NCBI GenBank assembly: GCA_002633005.1
Contig: NMRA01000482.1
Span: 77,462-141,461, forward strand
Length of the DNA stretch: 64,000 nucleotides
Source: Phoronis australis
Lineage: Eukaryota > Animalia > Phoronida
Direction: 5' to 3'
Below are positions 61,758 through 64,000 of the stretch, one piece after another; the first letter of the stretch is position 1; each line of letters opens with the position of its first letter. The notes beneath the pieces are model-generated. The model saw nothing but the letters and a program-made list of their open reading frames with translations, was not told the origin of the DNA and made no database searches. The position numbers were made by a program, and so were the translations under genes.

Positions 61758-62454
61758 CGATGGCTTGTGATAACTAGCAGGTACAGTACAAGTCTAAAGT
61801 ATTCAGACAAAATGACTTGAAATTCCCCGTCATGATTGCACAATCAGAGTAGTCTTCCTTCATGACCAAAAATAAAGGGGAATAATTAATTCATAGGAAG
61901 GTTAGTGAGGTGGCTAATCCATTCTGTAATTAGAGTTTTGCCACATTGATGGTTATTACCAGCCTTTTTGCTGGTAACACAATTATGAATTAGCTGTCAT
62001 AACTGGGAAATGGTATTTTGGCTGATTATCTTTGTCTAGTAGTGACAGTGGCACTTCTGTCTTCAGGCTTCAAATGCTTGGCTGCCTCGATTGAAATGCA
62101 AGGTTGCTGTGAACAGAAACTTTGTTAAAAATAAGAACTTATAACTGTACACTAGTGTACTAGAAGTGTTTTTTTTTTCTGGGAAATTTACAACTGTTGT
62201 GAAACGAAAAATTTATGCTGTTTCTCTTTAATAAGAATTCTTACCAATTTCTTTGTAATTTTTTCCTTTTCAGTCCTTGTCAAATCTTATCATTGTTTTG
62301 TAATTTAATTACAGTACAATTCTTGGACAATTTCATCTAGAGATACATTATGCTTGTTCTTGATCTGAACTCTAAAGAAGTCTACTGGTTATTGAAAGTT
62401 GTTCATTTTTGAGAAAAACCACCTTTTCCAATGTCTGGTATTTAGTATCGGTTC

Positions 62455-62720
62455 TTTGTATGCGCCCTCTATGGTCGCATATTATCATCATTCTGTCCAG
62501 TTGTCTGCTCAATATCTGAAAAAAAATCCTGGCCAATTCTTGATAAAATTTGGCACAAGGGTGCAGGACATCACTAGAAAGGAGCATGTCATTTTTTTAA
62601 TCTGCCCGCAGGTTCAGAGGGGCGGGGCTTTTCAATGTTTTTGAGGTAAAGATCATTTCTGGGTGATATTTAAAGAACTGATGGATGAATTTTCAATGAA
62701 ACTTTACCAGTAGTTTTAAA
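62455..62720 (+). mobile_element. Degenerate HINE-like element fragment
   Basis: Imperfect hairpin TATGCG..CGCATA, then CTGTC/GTCTG microsatellite remnants and AAATTTGGCACA / GAAACTT repeat motifs, like the minus strand of 27572-29075. Confidence 0.4.
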
Positions 62721-64000
62721 CGTTTTGATTTAATGTTAGTTTTAAATGCTTGTTGTCAACTCATTGTCTTTTGTACCTTTCGTGGAACTGATAAGCACCC
62801 CTAGAAACATACCGTTTGCTCTGTGCGCACATATCAACACTGCATGTTGCACTTGTTGATTTGTTTTATTATTTCTTAATATTAAATCTTCTCTACCTCG
62901 TGAAATGGATTATAATCCCACAAAGCAGAATTGTACTAGACTAACTGGGGTTTCCCCATTAATCAAAATGGGAGTTGATTAAATAACATTGCGTATCCCT
63001 CAGAAGATATTTATGGGTCGGAATAATTTGAGTGAGCTATACAGCAGCACACAGCCTGTCATCTATGTCTCTATTAGCAGACCTCAGTCTTGCTCTTTGT
63101 CTACAGCTTGTCTTTAATTTCAGACAGCTGCACTGCTTGACTTCCTAAAACAGTTTTGAAGTGGCGATGTAACACCATTTATAAATAAGCATGTTGGTCT
63201 ACTTACTCCAACATCTAAACTATTTACGTTCATGACAGGATGTTTTAGTCGGTCATTTTTCCGGCCATCTTCAGGTGTTACATCATTTGTAGAAGAACGA
63301 GCACTGGTATCTGGTATACTGATTGTGGGCACTCAGATTATAAGTTTGAGCCTGGACATTTTGAGTGTCAGTCCAGCACTTTAAGTACTAAGTCTCTTCG
63401 CATAAAGGGTGATGATTTATGTTTCAAATATATGTTGACAAGGAGGTTAGGCTGTATCTTTTACTGTTTGACTGGCTAAAAAGTATTGAATTAAGCCTTT
63501 TTTCTTTAAAATCGATCTCGTAATATTTCTTACCATTTCTGTTTGCAACATGAACATCGAAACCAGCGGCAACTCTAGAAAACCCTTCAAACTATTGGCG
63601 TTGGCCAACTGTAAAGGGAAAGTCGAAAATAGTGCTTGTACGTCATTGAAAAGAGCGCTTGTATGCATTTGAGACATTTTCATTTTGCCATTTCAGCGTT
63701 GCAATAGGTTATTGGCCATCTACTGGCATTCATCACAGGTTGTGTGTGACATTGTTATCAAACGGCAAAATGTTTTAGTTACTAGTATAGAACTTCTTTT
63801 CACCAGATGCTGTATTATCTTGAGAATTGATAATTCTTTCATGTAATAGTTTTTTGCTCTCCTTCTAAAGCTCTCCATTGTTCAACTGAACTCAAAGTAG
63901 TATGTCTTTCAGGTACATGTAAAATGCCTTCCTAATGCCGGTGGCATCACTGTGGTCATTCAAGGACCTCTGTTGCTCAGAAGCGAAACTTCAGTGTGCA

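Noticed and set aside
63120-63683. Two minus-strand ORFs downstream of STK11
   Set aside because: No domain signature or convincing splice sites; probably 3'UTR/intergenic sequence.

Overview
This is eukaryotic (metazoan, probably marine invertebrate) genomic DNA, AT-rich and repeat-rich, with a few N gaps; there are no prokaryotic features. (1) A complete 9-coding-exon STK11/LKB1 gene lies on + (52564-61757). Its intron 2 is a U12-type AT-AC intron, it ends in a CAAX motif, and its exon-6 splice acceptor is triplicated in frame (3 x 90 bp). (2) A divergently oriented minus-strand gene (43786-31333, about 539 aa) encodes a type-I membrane protein: signal peptide, 3x FN2, CUB, 2x Sushi/CCP, TM and a Tyr-motif tail. 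(3) A partly resolvable, uncharacterised minus-strand multi-exon gene candidate spans about 19.7-3.6 kb and ends in a Pro/Thr/Ala-rich exon. (4) Mobile DNA includes a Kolobok-type element with TTAA TSD and a decayed THAP domain, a Helentron/HINE-type element, a Penelope-like GIY-YIG remnant with a hammerhead-like motif, L1/Tx1, CR1-like and hAT remnants, tRNA-derived SINE heads, and six small CA...TG elements with 5-bp TSDs. (5) There are 44-, 39- and 35-bp tandem arrays and two gap-flanking duplications that are probably assembly artefacts. All gene models were built by eye from splice signals and phase; no database search was run.
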